NCBI GenBank assembly: GCA_964270895.1 | Contig: OZ185447.1 | DNA length: 64,000 bases | From: Podarcis filfolensis | Taxonomy: Eukaryota | Direction: 5' to 3' (one strand) | Shown: in pieces, positions 22,040 to 33,202 of the stretch | Layout: every line of letters begins with the position of its first letter | Position numbering within the stretch: position 1 is the first letter of the stretch | Translations under genes and position numbers: made by a program | The notes under the pieces: generated by a model | What the model saw: the letters and a program-made list of their open reading frames with translations, nothing else | Told to the model about the DNA's origin: nothing | Databases searched by the model: none

Positions 22040-23025
22040 CGTATCAAAGGTTGACCTTGCATGGTCCATTTCTCCTGGAAAGTCATCTTAGTTCTATGAA
22101 GTCTTCAGTGTTTTCTCCTAATGTTCTTGGAAACTGTCTCCAAAAAAGGAAAGTGATGGTAGATGTCCTTGGTGCTGACATGAAGGTCTGAAAACAGACA
22201 AACAACATATTGTGGTGGAGTGATGTCTGGGGTGGGGGCTATAATTTGCAACCAAAAGCGGCCACGTGAAACTGTTGCTGAGGCAGAACTTCCCCTTTTT
22301 CTAGTTTATTTGTCTTGCCTTGTTTTCTTGTTTTCAAACTTTGGGGTTTGTCACTAACCAAATTTCCAGAGTTAGGGTTAATCTGGCAAAACAGCCCACT
22401 TCCACACAAAGAGAGAGATATTGCCCCCTAATATTTATTTATTTCAAAAAGAAATAATAATTTATCACTTTCTGCCAAGGCCTTATAAGATAAGTATAAA
22501 TGGTAAACCAACTATTCCCATACCCTCCAACATTTCTCCAATGAAAATAGGGACATCCCATTCCATAATGATAATTTTACTATCTATACCCCACACATCT
22601 TACTAGGTTGCCCCAGCCACTCTGGGCAGCTTCCAACATATACAAAAAGATAATAAAACATTTTTTAAAAAATCCCCTATGCAGGATTGCCTTCAGATGG
22701 CTCAGGGGTCAGATAATTCCCTACCCTCCAATGAAAATAGGGACATCCTAAGAAAAAGTGGGACATTCTGGGATCAAATCAGAAACTGAGATGGCTTCTC
22801 TGAATCAGGGACATCCCTGGAAAATAGGGACACTTGGAGGGTCTGTATTCCATAGCAGATAATTCTGGGCTGAATGTGGAACTAGGCCTCACCCTGAGAA
22901 GTCTGGAATTTATTGGTGATTGACCCTTTCCATATCACTTTCGGTGCCACCTAATGCCACCCATTTTTTGTTTCATAGAACTGGGAGGGGGCAATTTCCT
23001 CCAAGGTTGCTTTGGGGCCAAGTTG
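22040..23025 (-). promoter_or_regulatory. Putative I-region (germline-transcript promoter and I exon) of mu2
   Basis: Perfect donor G|GTGAGT at 22040/22039 just 5' of the switch region, matched by G|GTAAGT at the homologous position (3647/3646) of the paralogous cassette; conserved Runx, Smad, GAS-like, PU.1-like and E-box motifs. Start site unknown. Confidence 0.6.
22520..22846. mobile_element. hAT-type element with nested LINE 3' fragment inside the mu2 I-region; inverted partial copy at 23302-23366
   Basis: Repeated AATAGGGACA motif and ...CACTTGGAGGGTCTG end; absent from the paralog near 4.15 kb. Confidence 0.6.
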
Positions 23026-24278
23026 CTCACACCAACAGTAGCTTCACTTTGAAGAAACGCTTCACCGCCTTGTGGAGGGCAAATTTATATTGTTTTGAGT
23101 TTGTGGGTGCCAGGCACCTATAATAGCAAGTGTTAAAATATAAGCCAGGCTATCTAACTGTGTTGAGGCAATCACCTGGGTGATGGGCCATTAAGAAAGC
23201 AAAGGAGAGGGGCCTCTGTGTGAGACAGCAAATTGGTGGGGGGGGGCATGGTGAGAAGGACAAAAGCCAGAGTTTAGAGTTGGAAGTGTGTGTGTAATGT
23301 CAGACCCTCCAAGTGTTCCTATTTTCCAGGGACGTCCCTGATTTAGAGAAGCCGTCCCGGTTTCTGTAGGTTCTGCCACACTAAAAGATTTATTACAGCT
23401 GTGGAACAAGTGTTATGTGGCACCAACTACAGTGCCATTTCTGCAGATTCAGATGGTTATTGGGCATATGTGGGGCAAAGTGACCCTGCAAACAAACTAG
23501 TCCCAAGCTGTTAAGGGCTTTGTATAAGACTACTAACACTGTGAACCTGGATCTGGCAGCAGATGGGGAAGTAGTGCAGATCTCTGAGCGGAGAAACTAT
23601 ATGTTGATAGGGTCTCACTCCTGATCCTGAGTAAGCGCAGTAAGGTGTCAGTAGCTAGGGTAAGTGACTCAAACCACTCCCGGAGGACTATCCAATTGAG
23701 CCTGACTCCAGATATGAAAGGAAGCTGAGACTCACTAGAACCTGACCACTCAGTCTTCGTGAAATAAATTGCATTTGGCTGCAACTCAATGCCAAACAAT
23801 ATTGAAGTAATCAAAGTGGTCTTCATAGCCTCTACATTCTGATGCAGGCTGAGGTGCTGCCCCATTACTCTTCTGCCCTCTAGAACTTACCATTTCCAAG
23901 GAGCGGGAAATTGTTCTGAGTGAGAAGGACAACGGATGAACTTTCACTGAGCATGTATGAAACAACTGGCCAAGTTTTGTCCTAGCTGTTCATCTCTCAC
24001 TGTGGTTTGGGAGGTATGGGAAAAAGATTCCAGAGTTCCTCAGGAGGAGGGTTTGATTGCTAAACCACTCTGCAAATTGCAACTATCGGGGGGGGGGGGA
24101 GAGACGGGAGCAGGGAGTCTCCTAACAACTCTCCGCACCCTTAATAAGCAACAGTCCACAGGAATCTTAGTGGGAAACCATGACGGTTTCAACCAATATT
24201 GTGTGACCACAGGGTAGCTGCCCTCACCACATGAAGTTTGGCTCTTAGCACTGAACTGCTACTGACCTGACAAACTCT

Positions 24279-24745
24279 GTTGTTGTTGTTTAGATGTTTA
24301 GTCGTGTCCAACTCTTCATGACCCCATGGACCAGAGCACGCCAGGCACTCCTGTCTTCCACTGCCTCCCATAGTTTGGTTAAACTCATGTTGGTAGCTTC
24401 TCATCCTCTGTCATCCCCTTCTCCTTGTGCCCTCAATCTTTCCCAACTTCAGGGTCTTTTCCAGGGAGTCTTCTCTTCTCATGAGGTGGCCAAAGTATTG
24501 GAGCCTCAGCTTCAGGATATGTCCTTCCAGTGAGCACTCAGGGCTGATTTCCTTATGAATAGAGAGGTTTGATCTTCTTGCAGTCCGTGGGACTCTCAAG
24601 AGTCTCCTTCAGCACCATAATTCAAAAGCATCAATTCTTCGGTGATCAGCCTTCTTTACGGTCCAGCTCTCACTTCCATACATCACTATTGGGAAAACTA
24701 TAGCTTTAACTATACGGACCTTTGTCAGCAAGGTGGTGTCTCTGC
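24279..24745 (-). mobile_element. RTE/BovB-type LINE 3' fragment
   Basis: Translation MRVPRTARRSNLSIHKEISPECSLEGHILKLRLQYFGHLMRR typical of RTE ORF C-terminus; (GTT)n tail. Confidence 0.9.
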
Positions 24746-25367
24746 TCTGCCAAACTCTAGTGCGCAGCATTTCAAAATGGCCTCTTCAACGTACTCCCCA
24801 GAGAACCAAATAGGTATAGCAACTTTCCAGGGAGAGTGACCAGAAATCGGGGTTAGCCCTTGGCAACTAAGGACAATTGGTATGTATGGACATTAGGTCT
24901 TCTTCAGCTCTCTTAAGACTTTGGGTGGCTTTTGGCAGGTGTGTTTGCTAGGTGTGCATAGGGCCCTGCCTCCTGGGTGCTGGGCAGGCTGCTATAGCCA
25001 TATTCACGGTGAGAGAAATAATATATGATCCTGGTGGAGCTGAGACCAGGCCTAGTTCCAAGATTTCAGCTGAATTAGGACTTCTTTCATAGCTACATGA
25101 TATGCAGCAATTTAGCAGGTGAATCTTGTTTTGGCAAGGATAAAAAATGGTGGAAGGAGCTTCATTTGCTGAACTTTCCTGTCTCGGGCTGCCATTTGAG
25201 TCGTAGGAGTCCTGCTTGGGGGGGGGGGAAGACACATGTACAATTTATGGGGCCTGGGGATGGCACCTTAACCATATGGTAATTGTGCTGGTGAGAGGTT
25301 ACTATTTTTCTTTCTGGAAAGCAGTTAAAATATCCCTCCCACATTTGATTAATGTTATGTTCAATAG

Positions 25368-25790
25368 ATGGAAGTGAGAGCTGGACCATAAAGAAGGCTG
25401 ATCGCCGAAGAATTGATGCTTTTGAATTATGGTGCTGGAGGAGACTCTTGAGAGTCCCATGGACTGCAAGAAGATCAAACCTCTCCATTCATAAGGAAAT
25501 CAGCCCTGAGTACTCACTGGAAGGACAGATCCTGAAGCTGAGGCTCCAATACTTTGGCCACCTCATGAGAAGAGACGACTCTCTGGAAAAGACCCTGATG
25601 TTGGGAAAGATGGAGGGCACAAGGAGAAGGGGATGACAGAGGACAAGATGGTTGGACAGTGTTCTCGAAGCTACCAACATGAGTTTAACCAAACTGTGGG
25701 AGGCAGCAGAAGACAGGAGTGCCTGGTGTGCTCTGGTCCATGGGGTCACGAAGAGTCGGACACGACTAAACAACTAAACAACAACAACAA
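25368..25790 (+). mobile_element. RTE/BovB-type LINE 3' fragment
   Basis: ESWTIKKADRRRIDAFELWCWRRLLRVPWTARRSN...; (AAC)n tail. Confidence 0.92.
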
Positions 25791-26722
25791 TGTTCGATAG
25801 ATTCCTTCCAGTTCTAATCTATTGCACATTGTTTTTCAGGGTAGGAATGTGTGGATGAAGTGCAGTGAGGCTGAAAACCATGGCATGAATGTCCCTCCTG
25901 ATGGTTTGTTGTTGATCGCAATATAGGTAAGACTGAAAGGCCCCCACTGACATTTTGATGAGTCATCCTGAGAACAGATGCAACCTGTTTTCACCAACAG
26001 TTGTGAACTGGTGTTTCCCCTTTGAGCCAAAGGCGAGTGCTGGCGGTCAGAAGGGGATGGACAGATATGATGTGTGGGGCTTTGAATAGAAACTCACATT
26101 GATGTGTTCTGAGTCAACTTCAGATAACAAATGGTGGGTATCTCAGTGCCTGAGAAAGCAACAACCATGTTTTGCTGATTTTGTATGAGCCGCACGCTCT
26201 ATGAATTGAGCATATCTACCAGAGGAAACTGAGACACAGCTCAAACTGGGATGGGGCAGAATGCCATGCCTTTGCCTACAGCGTGTAGACTGACAGAGCC
26301 AGTCACTGCCTCCCACCCCCCAATCCTCAGTAATGAGAGTGTAAACCAGGGTTGGAGGCAAGTTCTGAAGCCGCTCCAGTGTACTGCAAGGGTAGCCCTC
26401 CAGATGTCATTGACTCCCATCAGCCCCAGACAGCATCACCAATGACCAGGAGAGGGTGGGGATTGTAGCCCAACAACATTTGGAAGGCACCATGTAGATT
26501 TCTCTTGGTGTCAGTATCTGGTATCCTGAGGCAGCTGCAAGGTCCTGTAAAGATGTCTCATGAATAGGGTGGCCAGGCAAGAAAAAGTGCAGGGCACCTG
26601 AACCACTAAAGGTTGTGTAGGAGAGAGGATAGTTGTGGAAATTTCATGCAGGTTGTACCTGTTGAAATTCTTTCCTCTTGTTGTGTATGCAGGAGTCCTT
26701 TTCATCTGGCGCCTCTACTGAC

Positions 26723-26902
26723 NNNNNNNNNNNNNNNNNNNNNNNNNNNNNNNNNNNNNNNNNNNNNNNNNNNNNNNNNNNNNNNNNNNNNNNNNNNNNN
26801 NNNNNNNNNNNNNNNNNNNNNNNNNNNNNNNNNNNNNNNNNNNNNNNNNNNNNNNNNNNNNNNNNNNNNNNNNNNNNNNNNNNNNNNNNNNNNNNNNNNN
26901 NN
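26723..26902. other. Assembly gap (180 N)
   Basis: Run of N. Confidence 1.
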
Positions 26903-27029
26903 TCTAGACCAGCACTCTAAGCAGCATTAGGTCGCTGGATCTCACCATACGTTTCAGTTCTCACAATGACCCTGATCTTGTGCTGCTTTGAGTTAAACTT
27001 TGTGAAACCTTGTAAGGTTTTACAACCCA

Positions 27030-27806
27030 AAAGGTAAAAGGGACAGGAGCCTGAAACTGGATAAGCCTTGGAAAAGGCTGTATGTGGTACTCTGAAGGAT
27101 AAATGAGGCACAAGCCTAGGGCTCAGGGCCACAGTACCTCAAGGACTGCCTCTCTCCATATGAACCTAACCAGACCCTGAGGTCATCCCCTGAGGCCCTG
27201 AATTGTGTGCCTCCTCCATAAGAGGCTTGGAGGGTTTCAACATGAGGTGCCTTCATTATACACATTTTGGTGCCAGGCAAAAACATTCCTCTTCAACCAG
27301 GCCTTTGGCTGATTGACATGTGATGCCCATTTAACTGTGTTTGTTTTTGTTCTTATTTTTATTATGACTTTTGTGGTTTTTATATTGATGTTTTTGTTGG
27401 GAACTTCCCTGAGGTAGAGTATTTACAGTTGGCTGGGGTGTGACGTAGAGAAAAAAGGTTGCAGTCTGGTAAAAGCGGCAAGTTGGAGAGAGGCTTAGAG
27501 TGCAATGGTTGGTTTCTTTTTGGAATCTACAGTTGTAGTTTGGGAGAAGCAAGACCCTCTTGAAGTGCCAATGCTGTGTACCCTTCCATTGTAGGCTCAG
27601 GTTGTATATGTGTATAAGGGCCTTCTTGGTAGCGGCACCCATCCTGTAAAATGCCCATCAGATGTTAAGGAGATTTTGGAAACATATGAAGGCAGCCCTG
27701 TATAGCAAAGCTTTTTTAAGGTTTAATGTTTTATTATGTTCTTATATATGCTGGAAGCCACCCAGAGTGGCTGGAGGAACCCAATCAGATGGGCAGGGTA
27801 CAAATA

Positions 27807-27848
<42 letters not shown>
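27030..27848 (+). mobile_element. L2/CR1-type LINE 3' fragments ending in (TAA)n
   Basis: GGAAGCCACCCAGAGTG...CAGATGGGCAGGGTACAAATAAATAATAAT tail, matching 41600-41710. Confidence 0.65.
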
Positions 27849-28009
27849 CATATATTGTAAAAACACCACAGTCTCCACTGTTCCTCATTCCTTAAAGGAA
27901 AGATGAAACCCTGGGATCTTGCACCACTCAAAGATTGGAGTGGCATGCAGCTCTGGTATGTTAAAAGTTAACCACTAGTCCATGGTGCGTTACATACAGC
28001 AGACACATT

Positions 28010-28382
28010 TTAGGCTGGAGTTGGGAAGCCTCAGACCTGGGGTCTGAATGTGGCCCTCCAAGCGTTTCGGCTTGGCCCTCTGAACTCTCCCTACACCACA
28101 CTCCCTCCCAAGCACCACCCCCTCCCCAGGCCACCCCCTTCACTGCTTTGCACTCTCCTGGGCTGTTTTGCCCACCTTGAATGTGCCTTGATCTCTTGGT
28201 TGCTCAGATGGAGAATAAAGGCAGGTGTGTGAGTATGCGTAGAAGCTAGTCTACTGTACAAAGGTAACATTTTCATTTGTTGTTCTTTTGCCTCTGGCCC
28301 TGCCCACCACTAACATGTGGCCCTTGAAAGGTTGCCCAGAATGAAATGTGGCCCTCAGCGTGAAAAAGATTCCCCATCCTTG
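28010..28382. mobile_element. hAT-type MITE (degraded)
   Basis: Repeated ATGTGGCCCT motifs and terminal ...GATTCCCCATCCT typical of lizard hAT MITEs. Confidence 0.5.
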
Positions 28383-30317
28383 TTTTAGGAGAATCCCTGA
28401 AAAGAGGCATTTGTGTCCCAATGGGTGTGTCCAGTGCTTTGAAGAAAACTGAGAACCAACAACAATGCATGGTTAATAGAAGTTTATGTAGCAGCTGAGT
28501 TTTGATATGTCTAATTTGAACAAAGACTTATACAATGGAGGGCAATAGCATACAAGGCAAAATTATTACAATCAGAAGCAATACGAGGACAGAAATTAAT
28601 ATAGACAAACTCAGCACCAAACACAAGGATGTTATACTATAATGTTTATACTGTGCATCCTTAGGTTCATTCTATAAATCAATGCAAATTGGTATAGTGC
28701 AATAGAATACAATACAATGCATTGCTTTTATGCAGATTATAGTAACCCATTATGGCAAACGATACGGGAGGGTGGTAGTCTGATAACATGATGGCTGCAC
28801 AGTGCTGGCAGTTTAGTAAACTACAGTCAAACACGGCTGATGTGTACGACAACTCTGATAACATATGCACCAGATATACACCTTGGTTAATAAGAGACAG
28901 CATCTACCCGCTGAACAATCATAGTTCAAGAAAGCAACCATTTAGTGCTGTGAGCTTTAACAGCTGAATAGCACTGAAAACTCGAGCCAGATTATTATTA
29001 TTAATTCTCTGCCCAATCAGTTTGCTAATGCAAAGTGGTTCATACAGTTAGCTATGACCATGCTAAGCAGCTGATTAGCACCAAATGGCTGATCAACAGC
29101 AGCGACAAATCTCTTTTCTAGCTGGACTGTGATCCTAGGAAAACTCAAGTTATAATTGTTGCTGCTTTGTGGTCCAGGAGCAGAGGACAATGTAATGCAA
29201 ATGTGACAGGATAAAGTTTCAACACTTCTCAAACACGAAACTAATGCAACCATGAAAAGTAATTCAACACAACACAGGGAAACTTTGGCTGATATTTTGC
29301 ACTATGCAAGCCAAGTGGGAATGATAAAAAGCTGAGAACTTTTAATCTTCATTTATTTGACTTCTGGAGATTTAAACATGCCCAGAACTCTCTCCAGTAG
29401 AAATCAATAGCCTTGGAAAGGGCGTGTGCTTGCTGCCACCCATGAAAAATTCTTTGCTTATCAGGCTCCTCTCTTTAAACATGGTGATAAAGGAAGAGGC
29501 CTTTATTGGTTGTATCAGTTCCGATCCCTTTTGATCACAGCCATTTTGTACACATTTTTCTGTTTGTCTGTAGGAGGGCAAATAATGGAGTCCTCTGTTG
29601 CAAGTAAGGGGAAAATGTGGACAAAAGGACTTAAATTTGGAAAGCAAAAACAGCTACTCATCTTCTACTTTTATCAGTACACTTAAGACTAAACACTTGC
29701 TCTCTGGGCTGCAAATTGGCAACATATCAATATGGCAATGCTTCTAGAAACTGCCGTTGCGGAAATAATGGCTCAGGATTTGGAGGAAATTAATACAAAG
29801 TGTAGAGCAACGAAATAGCTTTGGAGCTTTTCACCAGTTTGGATGGCTCCTGCTCAGATCCAGTTTTCTGCAACCCGTCAGTTGCTATAGTTGGAAGGAA
29901 AAGATAAATCATTCATTTTATTACTCATGGATGGTTGATATGCTATTCTTTGTTGTTTATTTCTTTCACGATTGTTGAGCTCCATATTGTCGGCACTGGC
30001 AAAATTGCTGTTTGTTGCACTTGCAATATTGATACAGAAAGTTATTTACTATTTGTGATAATGTTCATGTAAAGTTGAGGTCGCTTTCCTCAGTGACCTG
30101 TTAACCATCTTTTTGAAGCAAAGTTGGCTGTGTCGATTATTGCAAAAGATGGCAAAGCAAACAAAGTAACACTGAAGTTAATGTTTTCTGACATTAATGC
30201 TTTGTTGTATTGTAGCAGACAAAAATTATAATGGAAAAAGACTGAAAGAACTATATAATGGAGAGAAAAAGCAGGGTCTTATTCTGCATATTCTTCATCG
30301 TGAGATAAGGAGGAAGG

Positions 30318-30326
30318 TTACTTCAC
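30318..30326 (-). CDS. IGHD: Ig delta membrane exon TM2 (VK*)
   Basis: cttctgtttccacAG|GTG AAG TAA. Confidence 0.85.
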   Translation of the reverse strand: MK

Positions 30327-30667
30327 CTGTGGAAACAGAAGAGGTGGGGAGAAGATTAAACAATCCATGCATGTTTATCTGAATGATTTGGGGATGAGAA
30401 CAGGACACCTAGGACATTGGTTCTGCTGTTGCTGGAGAACAGCGAGTTAGAAGCCAATTGATCTCATGTCCATTTTGTGACAGGCAGAGGACATTCTATC
30501 AGCACTAAGTAGTCAAACAAGTAGGTAGATGTGCATATCCATATTAACACAGGTCTGCAAATGCAAGTTTGTCCTCACTTGCTCACACTTAATAACATTT
30601 GTCAAATGTACACACACAAAACGATTTAGGACCATGAGAGATGGTGTCCACAATTAATTGTTGGGTG

Positions 30668-30922
30668 AGAAGAAGAAGAAGAAGAAGAGTTTGGATTTGA
30701 TATCCCGCCTTTCACTCCCTTTAAGGAGTCTCAAAGCGGCTAACATTCTCCTTTCCCTTCCTCCCCCACAACAAACACTCTGTGAGGTGAGTGGGGCTGA
30801 GAGACTTCAAAGAAGTGTGACTGGCCCAAGGTCACCCAGCAGCTGCATGTGGAGGAGCGGAGACGCGAACCCAGTTCCCCAGATTACGAGACTACCGCTC
30901 TTAACCACTACACCACACTGGC
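30668..30922 (-). mobile_element. tRNA-derived SINE with (CTT)n tail (Squam3-like)
   Basis: GCCAGTGTGGTGTAGTGGTTAAGAGC head on minus strand; same family as the 49.5-50.2 kb arms. Confidence 0.85.
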
Positions 30923-30969
30923 CAGTGCCTTCTACATTTGTGAGGTGCTTCCAAGGTTTGACTCTAGCC

Positions 30970-31105
30970 CAGGGTTTTCCAAACCTGAGTCTCCAGCTGT
31001 TTTTGGACTACAATTATCATCATTCCTGACCACTGGTCCTGCTAGCTAGGGATGATGGGAGTTGTAGTCCAACAACAGCTGGAGACTCAAGTTTGGGAAA
31101 CGTTG
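30970..31105. mobile_element. Palindromic hAT-type MITE in delta TM1-TM2 intron
   Basis: 8-bp flanks CTCTAGCC/CTCTAGCT. Confidence 0.8.
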
Positions 31106-31127
31106 CTCTAGCTCGTTTCCTTTTTAC

Positions 31128-31297
31128 CTTGATGAAAGTGACAAGTCCCCCATAGAAGATTGCAACAGTGAAGAGGACCATGAAAGTGGAAACTTTGTTC
31201 CAGACGCTGTTGGCCTCCTCGAGTTCACTGTACTCATCTTCGTTTTCGTTGCGGATATCGCACAGAGCAGCACCCATGATGGCACAGTCCCAGGAAT
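31128..31297 (-). CDS. IGHD: Ig delta membrane exon TM1
   Basis: 170 nt; DSWDCAIMGAALCDIRNENEDEYSELEEANSVWNKVSTFMVLFTVAIFYGGLVTFIK; acidic spacer plus CART-like TM. Confidence 0.93.
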
Positions 31298-31778
31298 CTG
31301 CAGGATGAGGTGAGATTATATGGTTACTCCTTGGAGAACAGATGGAGGAGAAAGTCTTCAAAAAAGCAAGAACAAAGTACAACAGTAAATATAAGATGAA
31401 ACAAATAAGAGACAAGGGTGCGTTGAAGGCATGTTGGTTTCTCTTTGTTGAATATAGACCCCACAAAGAGCAACAGTGTTCCTAGGGCATCTTTAGAGGA
31501 TCAGCATACAGTGTGGATTTTGTGCAAAAGCTATATCTGGTTATTGGATCGGGGCACAAGATGCAACTGAAGAAGAAAGAAAGAAACACCTCATTGATTA
31601 TTACTTTAATATAGAACTGCAGGATACATTAACATTGTGCGATATAACAGAAGGGACATCCCATCTAGAGGGATGTGAAGACAGCAGGCAGGCCAAATCA
31701 AGATGTCAAGGAAATTACATTGTCTTCGCAATGAAGTGAATTTATCTGGTGGTAAGGTGCAGATAAGATGTATTTTAC

Positions 31779-32093
31779 CGGAAAGGGAATTGGTTCTTCT
31801 GATTGTGATGTTTTCAGAGGAGACGTGTGCTACAAGGCATGCGTAAGAGACTCCTGTCAGCCACTTGCTTGTGGGGACTTCAAGTATGCTCACTAAGGAA
31901 CATCTTTGTTTCTCATGGTCACATTTCAGACCATGAGCATCATAACCCTTCAGTGACATTCCTTTTTTCTCCTCTTCCCACTTCACAAAGATTTCTCCTG
32001 GGTAGAAGTCTCTGACCACGCAGAATAAGGTTACATTTAAGTCATCATTGGAGGACTGTTGCTGGAGATAGACTTTTGGGGGCTTCATTGTGC
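31779..32093 (-). CDS. IGHD: Ig delta Cdelta11 exon
   Basis: 315 nt; GTMKPPKVYLQQ...LFCVVRDFYPGEIFVKW...KWLTGVSYACLVAHVS; donor G|GTAAA. Confidence 0.93.
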
Positions 32094-32572
32094 CTGTGTT
32101 AAAAAAAGGGAAATAAAAAATGTTGGAAGAAACTACTAAGGACATATTTGAAATTTACCCTGTTTATCAGTCTTTCACTTCCCCCAGAAAACCATTGGAA
32201 TTATATTTGTTGTTGTTACAACTGGGGTGGCTCTCTAATAGTATTTTCAGCATTCTGAAAGGTACAACACCGGTAATTCTTTGTGGAAATCATGAAAATG
32301 AAACTGGCATAAAAGAGGTAAAACTTCATTGCGTATACAAATTTTTAAGATTAGTAGCTTCAATCCTGTGCTCAGGTGGCTTTAAATGTAGGTGATGGAT
32401 GGCTGTGTTAGCTTAATATTATTTTGTGTTGGCTGCAGTCTAAATTAGCATATTGAGCAAAATGGGTTAGTACTTTGACTCAATCTCCAGTAACTTTGGT
32501 GTGTCCCTGAATCACTCTGTTTTGCTCTCAGTGTCTCATATGCTCCTGCCCACCCTTTTTGTAAGTCCTCAC

Positions 32573-32896
32573 CATTCCTTCGCTCAAAGTGTTGCTTGGT
32601 TTCTCCTAGGCCATTTTGGATGCTACAGGTGAACTTCACAGTGGTTTTCCATTCAGTCAGATTCACACGCAGTTGTCCGTAGATCCAAGAAGTGCTGTTG
32701 GTTTCGTTCAAGAATGTGGTAGTCACAGCTTTTGTGTCGGCAGGTTCTCCATCCATTGTCCAACTGACTGTTGAGTTGATGGTTGCATTTGCAAGGGGCA
32801 TCATGCATGTCAGAATGGCACTTTTGTTTATAAAGAGATCTTCAAAGGGTGGTGGCTGCATTTTGATAGCTGTCTTGTTAAGAAGTGGGGCCATTC
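32573..32896 (-). CDS. IGHD: Ig delta Cdelta10 exon
   Basis: 324 nt; GMAPLLNKTAIKMQPPPFEDLFINKSAILTC...VSW...TEWKTTVKFTCSIQN; AG/GTGAGG. Confidence 0.93.
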
Positions 32897-33145
32897 CTTC
32901 AAAAACAAATAATCATCAGATTGAACGGGTTTGAGATGTGCTCTTCAGAAATCACCCTATCTGTTGGTTTAAGGTGTCCTATTGTAATGACTAATCCAAC
33001 CACAAGAGAACCCTGTGTTGGACTAGCCCATGAGTCTTAAGCAAAAGAAGTTTATGATTTGGATGCTATAACCAGTTCTATGTAAAATGGAAGAATCTTC
33101 CAGTTTGAGATGGAAATGACAAAGTGTATGTTTGTGAAACCAGCT

Positions 33146-33146
<1 letters not shown>

Positions 33147-33200
<54 letters not shown>
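33147..33200. repeat. (GA)n microsatellite
   Basis: Direct reading. Confidence 0.95.

Positions 33201-33202
<2 letters not shown>

Noticed and set aside
25950-26120. Two AP-1 sites (TGAGTCA) as an enhancer
   Set aside because: Too few motifs and no paralogous conservation.
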